Numbered from the stretch's first letter, positions 12,211-26,570 are shown. The stretch is DNA of 64,000 nt from Octopus vulgaris (GCA_951406725.2 OX597818.1:27900001-27964000); one strand, 5' to 3'. Numbers and translations are program-made. The notes: a model not told the origin generated them from the sequence alone.

Positions 12211-12720
12211 TCCGTAATAATGAAGGGTGAAATTAATTAATTTGGAATAATTATCAATTACACCAAGTAGTCTTCGGCATGTAAAAGCCTCATTCGAGGA
12301 AAATTTAAGTAATACTAAGCAATAAAGGGTTTAGCAACGAATTGCCTTACCACATACCGAATTTAGAAATAGCAGTCAAAGAGTTATAGCTATTTCTTCT
12401 ACTAAAAAGGGAGATCTCAGTAAAAACAGCAATTGGAAGGCAGACACAAACAGGTAAGAGAGAATGAATTGACGGCAATCTATCATACATTTTTAAGTTA
12501 TCTACGGACGTACGTTTCGAAATCAAGTTTTTAGGAAAGCATAAGAATTAAATATTAAATATTAAATAATTCTATCTTACCGAAACTTCTTTTCTCTTCA
12601 GCGTAGAATACTATAATCATAAATGATTATATATTGAATTTTGAGATACTAGAAGGCACCAACTCAACTCAGTATCAGAGCGAGCTAGAATCCGCAACTA
12701 GTATCACCGCAACTAGTATA
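12207..12720 (-). mobile_element. HHR-bearing non-coding element (PLE terminus-like); related fragment at 15655-15895
   Basis: Shared aagggtgaaattaattaa..accaagtag..ccacataccgaatttagaaatagcagt; inserted between TA runs. Confidence 0.65.
12501..12607 (-). ncRNA. Type-I hammerhead ribozyme, intact core, long stem II
   Basis: Minus strand: UCUACG-CUGAAGA-[76-nt stem II, GAAA..UUUC]-GAAAC GUAC GUC/CGUAGA; 6-bp stem I and palindromic stem III ACGUACGU. Confidence 0.85.
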
Positions 12721-13799
12721 TATATATATAGATATATATATATATATATATAATGTGTGTGTATTTGTGTATTGTATATAAGTGGGGTGCAAAATAAGTA
12801 ACTGAGGTAAAATGAATAATTTCTGATTTCTTGATATTTTCTCCCTATCATTACATTGCAAGTATTGCCTCATTATTTTATACTGGTGCATCATCTTTAG
12901 AAGTAAAAATTCGTCAGCACAGTTGTTGTTGTTGTTGAAGTTGAGAGATTTTGGAAAATAATCAGGTGACAAGTATTTCTTTTCAAGAAATTTTTCCTCT
13001 ATTTCGACCTGTTTGTAACTGAGGTTGCTAATGAAATATCTGGGTGTCAATTTTTTAAAAAACTGATGTCTAAGATGGGATAAAATGGGCCATGATTAAT
13101 TTTAGAAATTTCTTCTCTTTAACTGCATGTTGTGTAAATATTTTGGGAAGAGAGCCACTTCAGCAGATTGTGAAGAAGCTAAAGAGTATATTTTATGTTG
13201 AGGTTTTTTGATTAATTTCATGTCTCATGCCATTTTTCCCTGATTCTCTTTCATTTGACCTAAAAGTTAAAAATTTTTGTTGCAGTTTTCATCCTTCTGA
13301 TGTCTAATGATGTATATTCATATGTATGAGTTTGTTTTCAAATGTAATTCTGAAGAATGAAAGAGGTGAATTTACATTTCCTCTTGGCTTGCTGATTTTG
13401 CCTCAGGTAAATTTATTTTTTATATGTTCAAAGAGAATGGTGATAATTTTCTGAAACAGTGTTCAGATTGTTCAAATATTTTTAATGCATTTAGAGAAGA
13501 TCATTTACTTGGCTGATACTGTTTTTGTAAGCTTGTGAAAATTTATCAAAAATATATTTCTTCTCAATGTCAAAAGTGCAGTCAAAGCTCCTCATTGTGT
13601 CCTATCATATATCCATCCATCCACACACACACACACACACACACACATAAATAAATAACAACAGATTGATAATATGTCAATCCACTACAGCTGTTTCCAA
13701 CGAATTTTTAATTGATTAATGGAAACATTACATCATTAGAAAATCCCATTTTCCTCAGGTAAATACATGAATCATAACATTCAAAAACATGCAAAAGCC

Positions 13800-14370
13800 A
13801 ACATGCAGTGGAAGCACCCTACCACACATACTCCAAAAAAGGCCAAGGTCATTTAATCAGCAAGCAGAGTGATGGTCTCAGTTTTTTGGAATGCAAAAGG
13901 CATTGTGTCTATTAACTATCTTCAAAAGAGCCACACCATCAATGACAAGTACTATGCCAACTTGCTGAGGAAATTACTAAAGGCTATCAAGACCAGATGC
14001 TCAAAGTGGTCTTGTTTTATCAGGAATATACTCCAGCACAGAAGTCCTTGGTTTCAATGGCTGCTGTGCATGAGTGTGGTTTTGAATTGGTTGATCAACC
14101 TCCCTATTCTCCTGATTTGGCCTAATCTGACTATCACCTGTTCTCTAACATAAAAAAAAACAAGGCTGGGAACTAATGTCACAATGATCATGACATATGT
14201 GTTGTTGATGACTTTTTTGACCAACATCATGAAGTAGGATCCAAGCACTGCAACCCCAATGGAAAAAATGTATGGACTGCAAAGGGGACTATGTTGAAAC
14301 ATAAACCTCATTTGATCACATTCCATGTGAGTATCTTGATCAGCCTATGAACTTTCCTGCCAGCCCTCAT
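13800..14370 (+). mobile_element. mariner transposase relic
   Basis: MVSVFWNAKGIVSINYLQKSHTINDKYYANLL and QPPYSPDLA*SDYHLF. Confidence 0.85.
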
Positions 14371-14842
14371 AATATGTTTAAAGGAATTTTGTGACTTTGC
14401 TGGTGTGGAATACAACAGCAGTTGAAATTATTTTTTACATTTATTCTAGCATGAAATCCTACTTTTCTTCCAAGCCTGGGACTGATAAAACAGAGAGATA
14501 TGTTTAGTTTTTTTTCATGAATAGCCCAGTTTTTGGCAACAAATTAGAGGACAGTACCAAGCAGAGGTACCAAACTAGAAATGCAAAACTTGAATACAAT
14601 TATGGAAAATCGTCACCATCATCATCACCACCAACACCACCACCATCATATCTTATATACTTGCTCTTCATGATCTCACCATGATAATACTTGTTGTTCA
14701 GTGGGTTCCTGTTTTTGCATAGACAAGCTTCTATGATTAATGTTAAGTTATTTTCTACATTGTAGTATTTTGCATCATGGACTTCATGCTCCTTATTTGT
14801 AGAAATTGTTCCTATCAGTGTTTATTCTTTTGTTTGTAGATA

Positions 14843-14897
14843 ATGGAATTCAATCTGTTATATTTGAAATACCTGTTTATTATTCAATTTTTCTGTG
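14843..14897 (+). CDS. Ig gene first coding exon, signal peptide MEFNLLYLKYLFIIQFFC
   Basis: Acceptor ttcttttgtttgtAG at 14839 (implies an upstream 5'UTR exon), ATG at 14843, donor G|GTAAGT at 14898, phase 1 matching the next exon. Confidence 0.72.
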
Positions 14898-15607
14898 GTA
14901 AGTAACACTATGTTTCTGATATAAACACTTTTTGACCCTGACTGTCTATATCTATTATCATAGCCAATATATAGATCCAGAGTTGTACAAAGTGTATCAG
15001 AGAATATTCACTATTAGATGAAATGTAGACATGGACATGATTCTGTGATCTAGAAGTTAAGTGCAAACATGGCTAAGAAGTTTGTGTCCCAACCATGTGG
15101 CTTTGGTTTCAGTCTCACGCCAAGGCAACGTTGGCAAGTATCTTCTACTGTAACTCCAGATTAACCAAAACCATGTGATTGGATTTGGCAGATAAAACTG
15201 AAAGATGACCATCATATATATATATAAATAAGACAAGTAAAAACAATAACGTGAAGATGTGGCACATGCAGAGTATTAATAAAATACTCAGAGAAGGAAA
15301 GAAAGGGTGATTTACATTTCGAGCAAAGCTCTTCTTCAGAAACAGTGCCTAGAGGAGGTAGTGCTGCCCTGCGTGAAGAAGGTGGCTGCTAGAGGGCCCT
15401 TATGTCTGACAACAGAACTCTGCACCATGCCACACAAGCATGGGAACCCAGTCATAGCTGTCACACAATTTTTGCGACTACAGTAATGCAGTATGCTTAT
15501 TTTGATTTTAATCACCTTATTTTGAAATTGTATGGATAATAGCGTACTAAATTCTGGTGCCTCAACTTAAGTACCATATTCATTTGAATCTAAATTTTTG
15601 CTGAACT

Positions 15608-15655
<48 letters not shown>

Positions 15656-18600
15656 ATAATAATAATAACGGGTAAAATTAATTAATCAATTAATAATTAT
15701 TAATTTTACCAAGTAGCTCGGTATCTTAAAAGAACCATTATGGGTAAAATTATACAAAAATTCTATAATTATGAGCAGAATTATAATTAGGGTTCGGCAG
15801 AATTTACTTCACCACATACCAAAATTTAGAAATAGCAGTTAAATACTATTCTGCTACCATAAGATATCTCCCAGACATGCTCATAATTATAGAATTTATA
15901 TATATATATATATATATATATAGTGAGAGAGAGAGAGAGTGGTATATATGTATGTGTGTATTTGTATGTTATTAATGTAAGGTGTTCAAGGATGGTGTAC
16001 GTAAGTGAGTGGAAATGAAATAATCAGAAGGCTTTTTGGGGGGTGGTTAATATAACAGATTTATTTAGAGAGAGGGCACAGTGTAACAAATAAACAAATG
16101 TAATTGTGATTTTCACTTGTGTATAATGATGTGTGCGATGATAGAAATAACTATCTGCTGGAGTGATGCTGGCAGAGAAAATAAACAGTAAAAATCCATA
16201 CATTGTGTGAAAGAGAAAATGCAATAAATTGTTTCCAAGTGAGTGTATAAGTAACTCATCAGCATGTTGTTCCATGTGACCGAGGTCACTGGACAATTGA
16301 TTATTGTTTGTTAACCTTCTTGCTTCTAGGCAGCAACTGACTTTTCTTACTTGAATTTTGGCACCAGTCATGCTGGGCAGAAGTCATCATATTCTTTTGC
16401 TGCTAGCTTTTAAAGAGCAGAGGAATGCAGCACTAGTGTGTTGCTATTCTGGAATGAAATAGTTCGACTGCACTGCTACAGATACCTTCCCCCAGACTGC
16501 AAGTCAGTCAAAGCAGCTAGGGATTGTAGGGTGTTAAGCACACATTAAAAAACAAAACAATAGCAATTTGGACATTATAATCACAAGGGCATGCAAGGAA
16601 TGGTCCAGGACCAGCAATAATTACAAAGAAAAGTTAGAAATCACAAGACATCTGATTATAGGAAAAAAAAAATGTCAAGCAAAATATCGGATATTTACAA
16701 ACATATATGCAAGGAGAAAAAGAGTCCTGTACAGCAAAAACAAATGTACACAATAGCAAAAAGGAAGCAGTAGGAAGGTCTTCATAGCTTGCTGTCCAAG
16801 AAGGTGGTCTCCATGAGATAGAGCAAGCAGAACCTGTGAAGTAGTTCAACTGCAGTGCTACAGTGGCTTTGTTGATGGCATAGTCTACTGCATAAAGCAT
16901 GACTGGGCTTCTTAATACATTGTGCAATCAGAAGAAAATACTCGTTTATATGTGTTGTTTATTTTCAGTTCTCTGCATAGACATGTCCAAGGGAGATTAT
17001 TGCCTTGCCTGGAAACAAGTGGGGGTTTGTGGCAGAGAGGTCATCCAGTCATAGAAAATTCTGACCTAAGTAAATGTTAAAATGATGATGATGATGATGA
17101 TGATGATGATAACGATGATGGTGATATATTCTGCTCAATATAGAAGTTCTAAAGAGTGAGAGTGAAGCAAAATGTTGAAAAAATGTGAAAAATATATTAA
17201 AACTCACTTATACAAAGATTTTTCAGGAAAATTAAGTTGACTGACAAATTCTTGATGTCATTAGTCTATGAAAGATCATTGCTATGACTAACTATATCAA
17301 TAATCCTTTCTACTATAGGCACAAGGCCTGGATCTTTGTGGGGAGGGGGACAGTCAATCATATTGACCCTAGTACTCAAGTGGTACTTAATTTATCGACT
17401 CCGAAAGGATGAAAGGTAAGTCGACCTTGGTGGAATTTGAATTTAGAACATAATGGCAGACAGAATGACAGACATAATGTCTCAATGCTTCTCATTGAGA
17501 CATTTATTTTACAACTATTATTCCTCCTGATTAGAAGATATAATATGTGAGTCATTGACAGCAAGGTGATGTCTTAGGCATCATCTATGATATATATTGA
17601 TGTCACTCCTACTTAGCTCTCACATTTCATTCTCTTTGAAATATCCTCTATAAGACTAATCACATTCAATTTTAAATTATATATTAAAAGGAATTTTTCC
17701 ATTAATCCTCATAGTTTTCATTTATTTTAAATTGTTGTCTTTCCATTAGAAAACTTACACATTTTAAATATAGGGTTGTCTGGAAAGTTCTTGCCGATTT
17801 ATAGTAGCTTACCTTTCAACTTATTTTAGAACATGGTTGAGTCCTTAAAATAGGATTTGACTATACCTCCATTTAGAGCACAGTTTAAGCTATCTTTTCA
17901 TGGAAGAAGGTTTATGATCCTATAACCTGTGTTAATTCTGTAACCCTTTAAAATGGAAGATAAGACAGTTCATTTTCGGCACTTGATGCTTTTCTTTTTC
18001 CATAAAGGGAAAATCCTCACAAGCAACCAAAGAAATATGCGCAATTTACGATGATGTTTCTTTATCTGAAAGAACTGTACGGAAGTGGTTCACAAGGTTC
18101 TGAGCTGGAGATTGTAGCCTTATTGATAAAGAGCAATCAGGCAGGTCATCCACTACAGATGATGACCAAATCAAGTCATTAATTGAGAATAACCCACATT
18201 GCACAACCTGAGAATTAGCAGAAAGCCTCAACCTATCAAAATCTGTCATTCATGAGCACCTGGTAATGCTTGGGTACACAAATCACTATGATGTTTGGGT
18301 ACTACATGAGTTGAGTGAGAAGAACATTTTGGATTGCATTTCCATCTGTGATTCACTTTATAAATGGAATGAAAATGTGCCTTTTTTTTAAAACAAATTG
18401 TGACAGGTGATGAGAAATGGATTATCTACTGAAATGTTCAGAGAAAGCAATCCTGGAGTAAGCGACATGTGCCACCCTTAGCCACCCCAAAAGTGGGTCT
18501 TCACCCTAAAAATGTCTTGCTTTGTGTCTGGTGGGTTTGGAAAGGAACTCTGTGCTATGAGCTTCTCCCAAGTAACCAGACAATTAATTCTGAGAAATAC

Positions 18601-21600
18601 TGCACACAACTGGATGAGTTAAAACAGCAATACAAGAGAAACATCCAGAATTGGCCAACAGGAAGGGTGTTGTTTTCCAACATGATAATGCAAGACTGCA
18701 CATTTCTTTGGAAACAAGACAAAAATTGCTGCATATTCACCAGATATTGTTCCTTTGGATTTCCACTTATTCAGGTCTCTGCAGAATAGTCTTAATGGTA
18801 AAAATTTCAATTCCTTGGATGACATAAAAAGATACCATGATGAATTCTTTGCCATGAAACCACCTCAATTTTGGGAAGAGGGTATTTTCAAGTTAAAGGA
18901 AAGATGGAGATGCATTGTGCAACAAAATGGTTCATATTTGGTTGATTAAAAATGTAATGGCAAGTATTTATTGACCTTTTTCTTTCCTTTAAAAATCGGC
19001 ACAAACTTTCCGGACAACCCAATAACAAGGTAGCTATTAAACAATATGTTTGTATTTATATATAAATGTATGTATGTATGTATGTATGTATGTATGTATG
19101 TATGTATGTATGTATGTATGTATGTATGTATGTATGTATGTATGTATGTGTATGTATGTATATGTATATATATGTGACTTATATTTTCTTTTCCTTCAGT
19201 TTCTCTCAAAGAAATTGACATGGTAAAATTTGTCAGGAAAAAGCAACCAACAGCTCTTGAATGTCTTGCACAGCAAAAAGTTGAATACTGGCAAATCAGA
19301 ACACAGAAAATGAGTGGTCCTGGCTGGTCACCTATCAAAAATAATGAATTTGAAGCAAATGTGCTTTCTGAAAAAGCCAACATTTTAAACGTCACTCTTC
19401 TTTCAAATAGTGATTTAACATTAACTTGTCAGGGCACTGACAAAGAGATAAAATTTCAGGCAATACCACTATATAGTAAGTACCATATAGTAATCGTATT
19501 TTCATATTTTCCTGACCATGAACAAAATATATTTCTCTAAACACTAACTTTGGGTTTCAGTCAAGTCATAAAATCTGATAGTTGTAACCAACAAATATTG
19601 TCAATAATATTTTAATATCTATAAATTTCCTTCTTATATCATTCCAGTAATATTGAAATAGCAATATTATGGCTGAGATTATTTGTTTGATTTGCAGAAG
19701 AGAGATTTAGTTGCTAGTATGTGATCCATGAATTGTTCTTGGTTTGATGAAATTCACAAAATTATTAATTATTCTAAAAGGCTCAGAAATGTTATGTATG
19801 TATGTATGTATGTATGTATGTATGTATGTATGTATGTATGTATGTATGTATGTATGTATGTATGTATGTATGTATGTATGTATGTATGTATGTATGTATG
19901 TATGTATGTATGTATGTATGTATGTATGTGTGTGTGTGTATGTATGTATGTATGTATGTATGTATGCATGCATGCATGCATGTATGTATGTATGTATGTA
20001 TGTATGTATGTATGTATGTATGTATGTATGTATGTGTCTATCTATCTATCTATCTGTCTGTCTATTTATCTATATCTTCTATATATATAAAGATGAGGAG
20101 GCATGTCTATCTGTGTGAATCCCTAAAACTCGAGAACTACACAACCAATTTCATTCAAATTTTACACATATTTTACTTAGGGTCCAAGTAGTGTCATGGA
20201 CCAAAAACAATTTTCAACTTCTTGCCTAATACGAGCCCAGAACAATCTCTTATTTCTTCCAATACATGTCAAAAGTGAAACAATAACATCTCTCTAATAT
20301 AATGTCAGATACTTTCACTTCAATAGTTTCACTATTAATACTGAAACTATTAAAGTGAAACTGTTATCTCACATACATACATACATACATACATACATAC
20401 ATACATACATACATACATACATACATACATACATACATACATACATACATACATAGTTGGACGTCTAAAAAGACATGTTAAGAGAGTGCATATGGTGGCA
20501 CCTGTTTCTCCTGCCAGCCAGCACAATTGTCTAGTAGGTAATAAAATGTGTAAAAGCTTGACTGGGCTTAAAAGTCATATAAGGGTATCACATGGCAACA
20601 ATAATGAAGCATTTCAGTAAGTTTTCTTGGAAATAGTTTTTCTCATGTAACAAGGGTGCAGCTATGATATATATATATGTGCAGATATAGAAACTATGTC
20701 AAAACTGACATGGAGACTGAACACATAATTAAGGGCATAGAAAAATTTCTAGCCTATATGCTGAAAATTTCTAGATTATATGCTGCTAAAAATTTTTAGC
20801 CTATAAGCTCTCTCAACGTCAACATGTGTGTAACTTTGTGATTTTTAAAGAGGTGAAACAATTTAGCATCTATTTTCAGCATATAAGCTAGAATTATTTT
20901 CTATGCTCTTAATTATAATTATATATATGATTTCACCTTAATACCTTTTATATGCTGGCCACTGATAAAATAAAAAAAAATTTAGTGCTCCAGCATGGCC
21001 GTAGTCAAATGACTGAAACAAATAAAAAAATAAAAGAATTTATTCATCATCATCATCATCATTTAATGTCCGTTTTCCATGCTTGCATGATTTGGACGGT
21101 TTGACTGAGGTCTGGAGAGCTAGTGGCTGCACCAGGCTCCAATTTGATCTGGCAATGTTTCTACAGCTTGATGCTCTCCCTAATGCCAACCACTCCGAGA
21201 GTGTAGTGGGTGTTTTTTACATGTCATCAGCACAGGAGCCAGTCAGGCAGGCCTGGCATTCATCACGTTCGGATAGTGCTTTTTACGTGCCACCAGTATG
21301 GGAACCAGTCAGATGGTCATCATCCATACCTAAAATCACCAAGAAGTTAAGAAGATAGACAAAGAACATGCTGTCTCACACTCCAGCATAGAAGTTTCTA
21401 TATGCTGTAACTTCTATGCTGGAGTGTGAGACAGCATGTTCTTTGTCTATTTTCTTAACTGTTTGGAGATTTTGGTCATAATTATATTAATGTATCCATC
21501 TGTTCTAATTTAATTAAATTCTATGTCTTTGTGCAACTGAGGATTGCTTTGCATTTTAAATTGATGTAATGATTGCATTGCTCAATTAAATGGAGTTGCA

Positions 21601-21790
21601 TGAAACGATCTTACTACATTACCTCTGGATATCCTTGTTGCTGATTTTGATTTTAATTACCTTATTTTGAAATTGTATGGATAATACTGTACTTCATTCT
21701 GGTGCCTCAACTTAAGTACCATATTCATCTGAATCTATATATATAATATATATATAATTATATATATTAGTTTTATATATATATATATAC

Positions 21791-21823
<33 letters not shown>

Positions 21824-21848
21824 AACATGTGTGTGCACACACACATAT

Positions 21849-21891
<43 letters not shown>

Positions 21892-24800
21892 AACACACAC
21901 GCACACATATATATATACATACATACATGTGTATATCATCATCATCATCGTTTAACGTCCGCTTTCCATGCTGGTATGGGTTGGACGATTTGACAGAGGA
22001 CTGGCGAACCAGATGGGTGCACCAGGCTCCAATCTGATCTGGCAGTTTCAACAGCTAGATGCCCTTCCTAATGCCAATCACTCTGAGAGTGTAGTGGATG
22101 CTTTTACATGTCACCAGCACGAGGGCCAGTCAGGCAGTACTGGCAACGGCCATGCTCAAATGGTGTCTTTTACATGCCACCTGCACAGGAGCCAGTCCAG
22201 CGGCACTGGCAACAAACTTGCTTGAATATTTTTTCACATACCATTAGCACAAGTGTCAGTAAGGCTATGCTGGTAACGATCACGCTCAAATGGTGCTTTT
22301 TATGCGCCACTGGCATGGAAGTTAGTCAGCTGCTCTGGCAACGGTCATGCTTGGATGGTGCTCTTAGCGCTCAACTAGCACAGATGCCCGTCATCGAATT
22401 TGATTTCGATTTCACTTGCATCAACAGGTCTTTACAAGCAGAGTTTAGTTTCCAATAAAGGAAAGGTATGCATAAGTGGGGTGGTTACACCCCTGGCATA
22501 GGCCACATGTTATGGTCTCACTTGGTTTGCCAGGTCTTCTCAAGCACAGTATAGTTCCAAAGGTCTTGGTCACTAGTCATTGCCTTGGTGAAGCCTAATG
22601 TTCGAAGGTCGTGCTTCACCACCTCATCCCAGGTCTTCCTGGGTCTACCTCTTCCACAAGTTCCCTCCACCACTAGAGTGTGGCACTTTTTCACTCAGCT
22701 ATCCTCATCCATTCTCGCCACATGACCATACCAGCACAGTCGTCTCTCTTGCACACCACATCTGATGCTTCTTATGTCCAACTATTCTCTCAAGGTACTT
22801 ACACTCTGTCAAATATGCACACTGACATTATAAATCCAGTGGAGCATACTAGCTTCATTCCTTGCAAGCTTATGTATGTCCTCAGCAGTCACGGCCCATG
22901 TTTCAGTGCCATGTAGCATGGCTATTCGTACACATGCGTCATACTTTCTACCTTTTACTCTGAGCGAGAGGCCCTTTATCACCAGCAGAGGTAAGAGCTC
23001 TCTGAACTTTGCCCAGGCTATTCTTATTCTTGCAACTACACTTTCAGTGCACCCACCCCCACTACTGACTTGGTCACTTAAGTAATGGAAGCTATCAACT
23101 ACTTCTAGTTTTTCAAGCAATAATTATAATGATATAGGACATGGAGACTTGTGCATCCTCAAAATTTATTTCCTCTTATTTTACAATTTCATACTGCATA
23201 TTATTGTGGTCTTTATGACATATACGTGTTTCACTGCACAGATTATGGGCAGTTGCAGATGCGAATTGGCATGATTTTCATATGGTTTCTTCAGGGCTCA
23301 TCCATTTGGCTAGTTTGAAGAGAACTGAGTGGAGTTAGTTATTGTAAGTAAGGGTTCAGGAGAAATGGGGTGTTGTTTTGACCTCAAATTCACATCAGTT
23401 GCTGTCTAAAGTCAAGGCTTAGTCTAATTAGGTCTAGGTTGATGTTAGTGTTCTCACAGAGCTCCTTGTTTATGGCAGCTTGGAATTCAAGTGTAGTGCT
23501 TGTAGTGTAAAGTCTTTAGTTGTTCATATATTCATTTTCTTGACTGTGTTGTTTATGTTTTGTAGTATACATTTGATAAAGTATATGCTAGGTTTGTTAC
23601 AGAGGACCATGAATTGTGTGGGTTTAGTATATGTCCTTTTATCTGTCCTTTCATATTCAATTGTGTGGAGGGCATTGGTTATCCAGAACCTTCATTAATT
23701 TTTTTTAAAGTCTTGTGTTTGTGTAAACATCTTAAGGCCTGTTCAAGTCTTTACTTAATACCAGATTTTCGATAAAGTTGAAGCACAGGCCATCATGAAT
23801 TTCCTCTTTTTGAAATGTAATAGAGCAGTGGAAATCTATGGCAAGATAAAAGATGTCTTGAAGGATGGCTGCTCATCTTACTCCCCCATGAAAATCTGGG
23901 TATCAGATGTCCTTTAGATGGTTCCTGTCTAGTTACCAACGTTATATATAAATGTGTAGTCAAGGACGAGGATAAGCTAAATAAATTTTATATAGGTAGC
24001 ACGATAGACTTTAAGGCGAGATATAGATCACATATGAGCTCTTTTGCTAGCGACAAATACTGTAACTCAACTACACTTGCATCCCATATACACAACTTGA
24101 AGAAAAATAATAAGAATTATTATCTAGAATGGTCCATTATTTCTAAAACCCCAAATTTCAAGGGAAATATTAACAAGTGTAAGCTATGCATAAAGGAATC
24201 CCTTACCATCCTTAGGTGTTATGGACTGCACATTCTGAATAAATTTACGGACGTGATTCCCTTTTGCATCCATAAATTTTCTTCTACATTCTTAAAAGTC
24301 TATAGGAATAAAATAAGTTGTAGAAAATAAATAATTTAGCTTTTACAGGATTTGAAACCATGGAGGTTCAATTTAATTTAATTCGATTTAATTTAATTGA
24401 ACTTAATTTAATTTAATACACCCATTTTTTATTTTTTTATTTATTTATTTACTTTTTTCTTAACTACTTTTTTTACTGCTTTATTATATATATATATTTA
24501 TTTTTTTTATTTATCTAGTTTCAGCTCACTAGCTGTGGCCATGCTGGGGCACCACCATTTGGTGTTGCTACATGATTTTACTTCACAAATGCTTTTTAGC
24601 AATTGCCATTTGGTGCATGAGAGAGTTCGATGCAGCTGCCCTCATCTGCACCTCCTGCTGTGAAGTTGGTCCATCAGGGATACCTGACAAGAAGAGATCC
24701 AGTTTCATTTTAAAGACATCTGCATCCACCCCATGCAGGTCTCTTAGGTTCTTCGGGAGGATATTGAAGAGCTGTGGGCCTCAGAAGCCCAGGCTATCAC

Positions 24801-26570
24801 AGTATCTTGTCCTACATCTTGATGGCAAATTTGGAGTCCTTGGCACCACGCAGTGGCGCCCAGTTCTGGCATTTGTGTAACTCTCGATGCCAAAGTTTGG
24901 GACAAGTCCTTCTAGGATCTTCCAGATGTATACTATGGCATATCTTTCTCGCCTACGCTCTAAGGAATAGAGTCTCAATCTCTTGAGTCTTTCCCAATAG
25001 CTTATATGCTGCACAGAAGCTATCTTCTTCATGTAGCTTCGTTGGATCACCTCAAGTTCTGTGATTAACTTGACACTGGATGGTGACCATAGCTGAGAGC
25101 AATAGTCAAAGTGGCTTAGGACAAGTGTCCTCCAGAGGACCATCATGGTCTCCTGATCTCTTGTTCTGAAGGTTCTAAGAATCCATCTGGTCAGCCACCT
25201 ACATTTCATTGCCAATTTAGTGACATGCACATGAAAGGCTGCATCATCACTCATGTAAATACCCAGGTCTTGCACTGATTGTGCCTCTGGGATTGCAGTC
25301 CCTCCAGGTCCAGTGTATATATATATATATATTTTTAAATTTTAAAAAATTAAAAAATTTTTTTTTTTACCGCCTTATTTCTCTACTGCTTTAAAAGAAA
25401 ATTTTTTTACTGCTTTAATTCCTTCTTTTGGGCTTATCCAAGCATGCATGCTTCAATAGGAAAGCACACAATATTGTGTTAGCCTGGTACGCGATGATGT
25501 CTGTCTCTCTATATTTTTTTCCCCTGAGGAAGGAGGTATTATCTTGATGCACCCTAGTGCTTTAAACATAATAATACACCTCTGAAATGGCCATAGGGAT
25601 TAAGTAAATATGGTTTCCTCTTTTTTAACTATAAGGCTTCTCTTACTTGAATAGTAATTTTATAAGATTTCTAAACGATGAACTTTTATTTTATTTACAT
25701 GATATATATTATATATTTTTTACATGCTTCCTATATATTTTTATATATTTTTATATACCTATATATTTTTACTTTCTAGGTGTTGTAATGTTTTTAAAAA
25801 AAATATATTTCTCTGAATCGCTAAAGTATTAACTCTAAACCATGATGAACTTTTTTCTTGCACTTTCTTATATGCTTATACAGATGAATTATGTTCCATC
25901 TTGCGGGATGTTTATATGTATATTCTATGATTAAATGTTCGAATTATGAAATGTTATGTGGATGACCTTGCATTTGTTTGTTCTATAACCTTAGTTTGAT
26001 ATATTTGTCTCTTTCAATTGAGCACTTCTATAGCAGTCCTATTAAACATTTTGTTCCTGATAAGAAACAATCACTGTATTATTGATATATATATATATAT
26101 ATATAAATATATACTAAATTAATAATAATATACATATGTATATAATTATATTAAGGGAGCAATGGCAAAAATGACATATCTCCAGCATCCCTTATAACTC
26201 GCTCTGAGATTTATCATTGTTTGATTTCACTTTTTCAATATCAGTGTCAAATCGACACTGGAAAAAGTATATGTATTTGTGAAGGGATCTGACTTCTCAT
26301 CGACAACCATGATTGTCACACGCTGATGAAAGGTAAACACCTTGAAACTCGGGTACGTGTGTATCATGTGTTGAAGACGGGGACGATGACTCCCCTTCAC
26401 AAATACTGAGAGGACACAGATAGTGTGTCTATAGCCAGCTGGAGGAGATATCTTCCTGGGGTTACAAACTACAGTAGCATCCACCCTTATGGGTTAGCCA
26501 TATTCAAATGGCAAATATGCATCACGATGTGTTACCGCTACTGTTTATAACTCGCTCTGAGATTTATCAT

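Larger units (their letters stand above)
23905..25830 (+). mobile_element. 5'-truncated Penelope-like element: open GIY-YIG endonuclease (23908-24330) + 3' terminus with HHR, interrupted by a CR1 insertion
   Basis: CPLDGSCLVTNVIYKC..FYIGSTIDFKARYRSH..TTLASHIHNLK..WSII..CKLCIKE. Confidence 0.8.

Noticed and set aside
12685-13050. 121-aa minus-strand ORF
   Set aside because: Low complexity, runs into a TA repeat, no splice or domain support
13395-13765. Possible 5'UTR exon donors (CAG|GTAAAT near 13406 and 13759)
   Set aside because: Cannot be distinguished from chance without transcript data
19707-20191. Many ORFs of MYVC/HTYI/IYIY type (also near 3800, 9750, 21700, 58000, 63700)
   Set aside because: Translations of TATG/TA/CA microsatellites, not proteins
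23215-23300. Minus-strand CTGAAGA..GAAACACGTA
   Set aside because: No stem I complementarity and weak stem II; at best a heavily decayed relic
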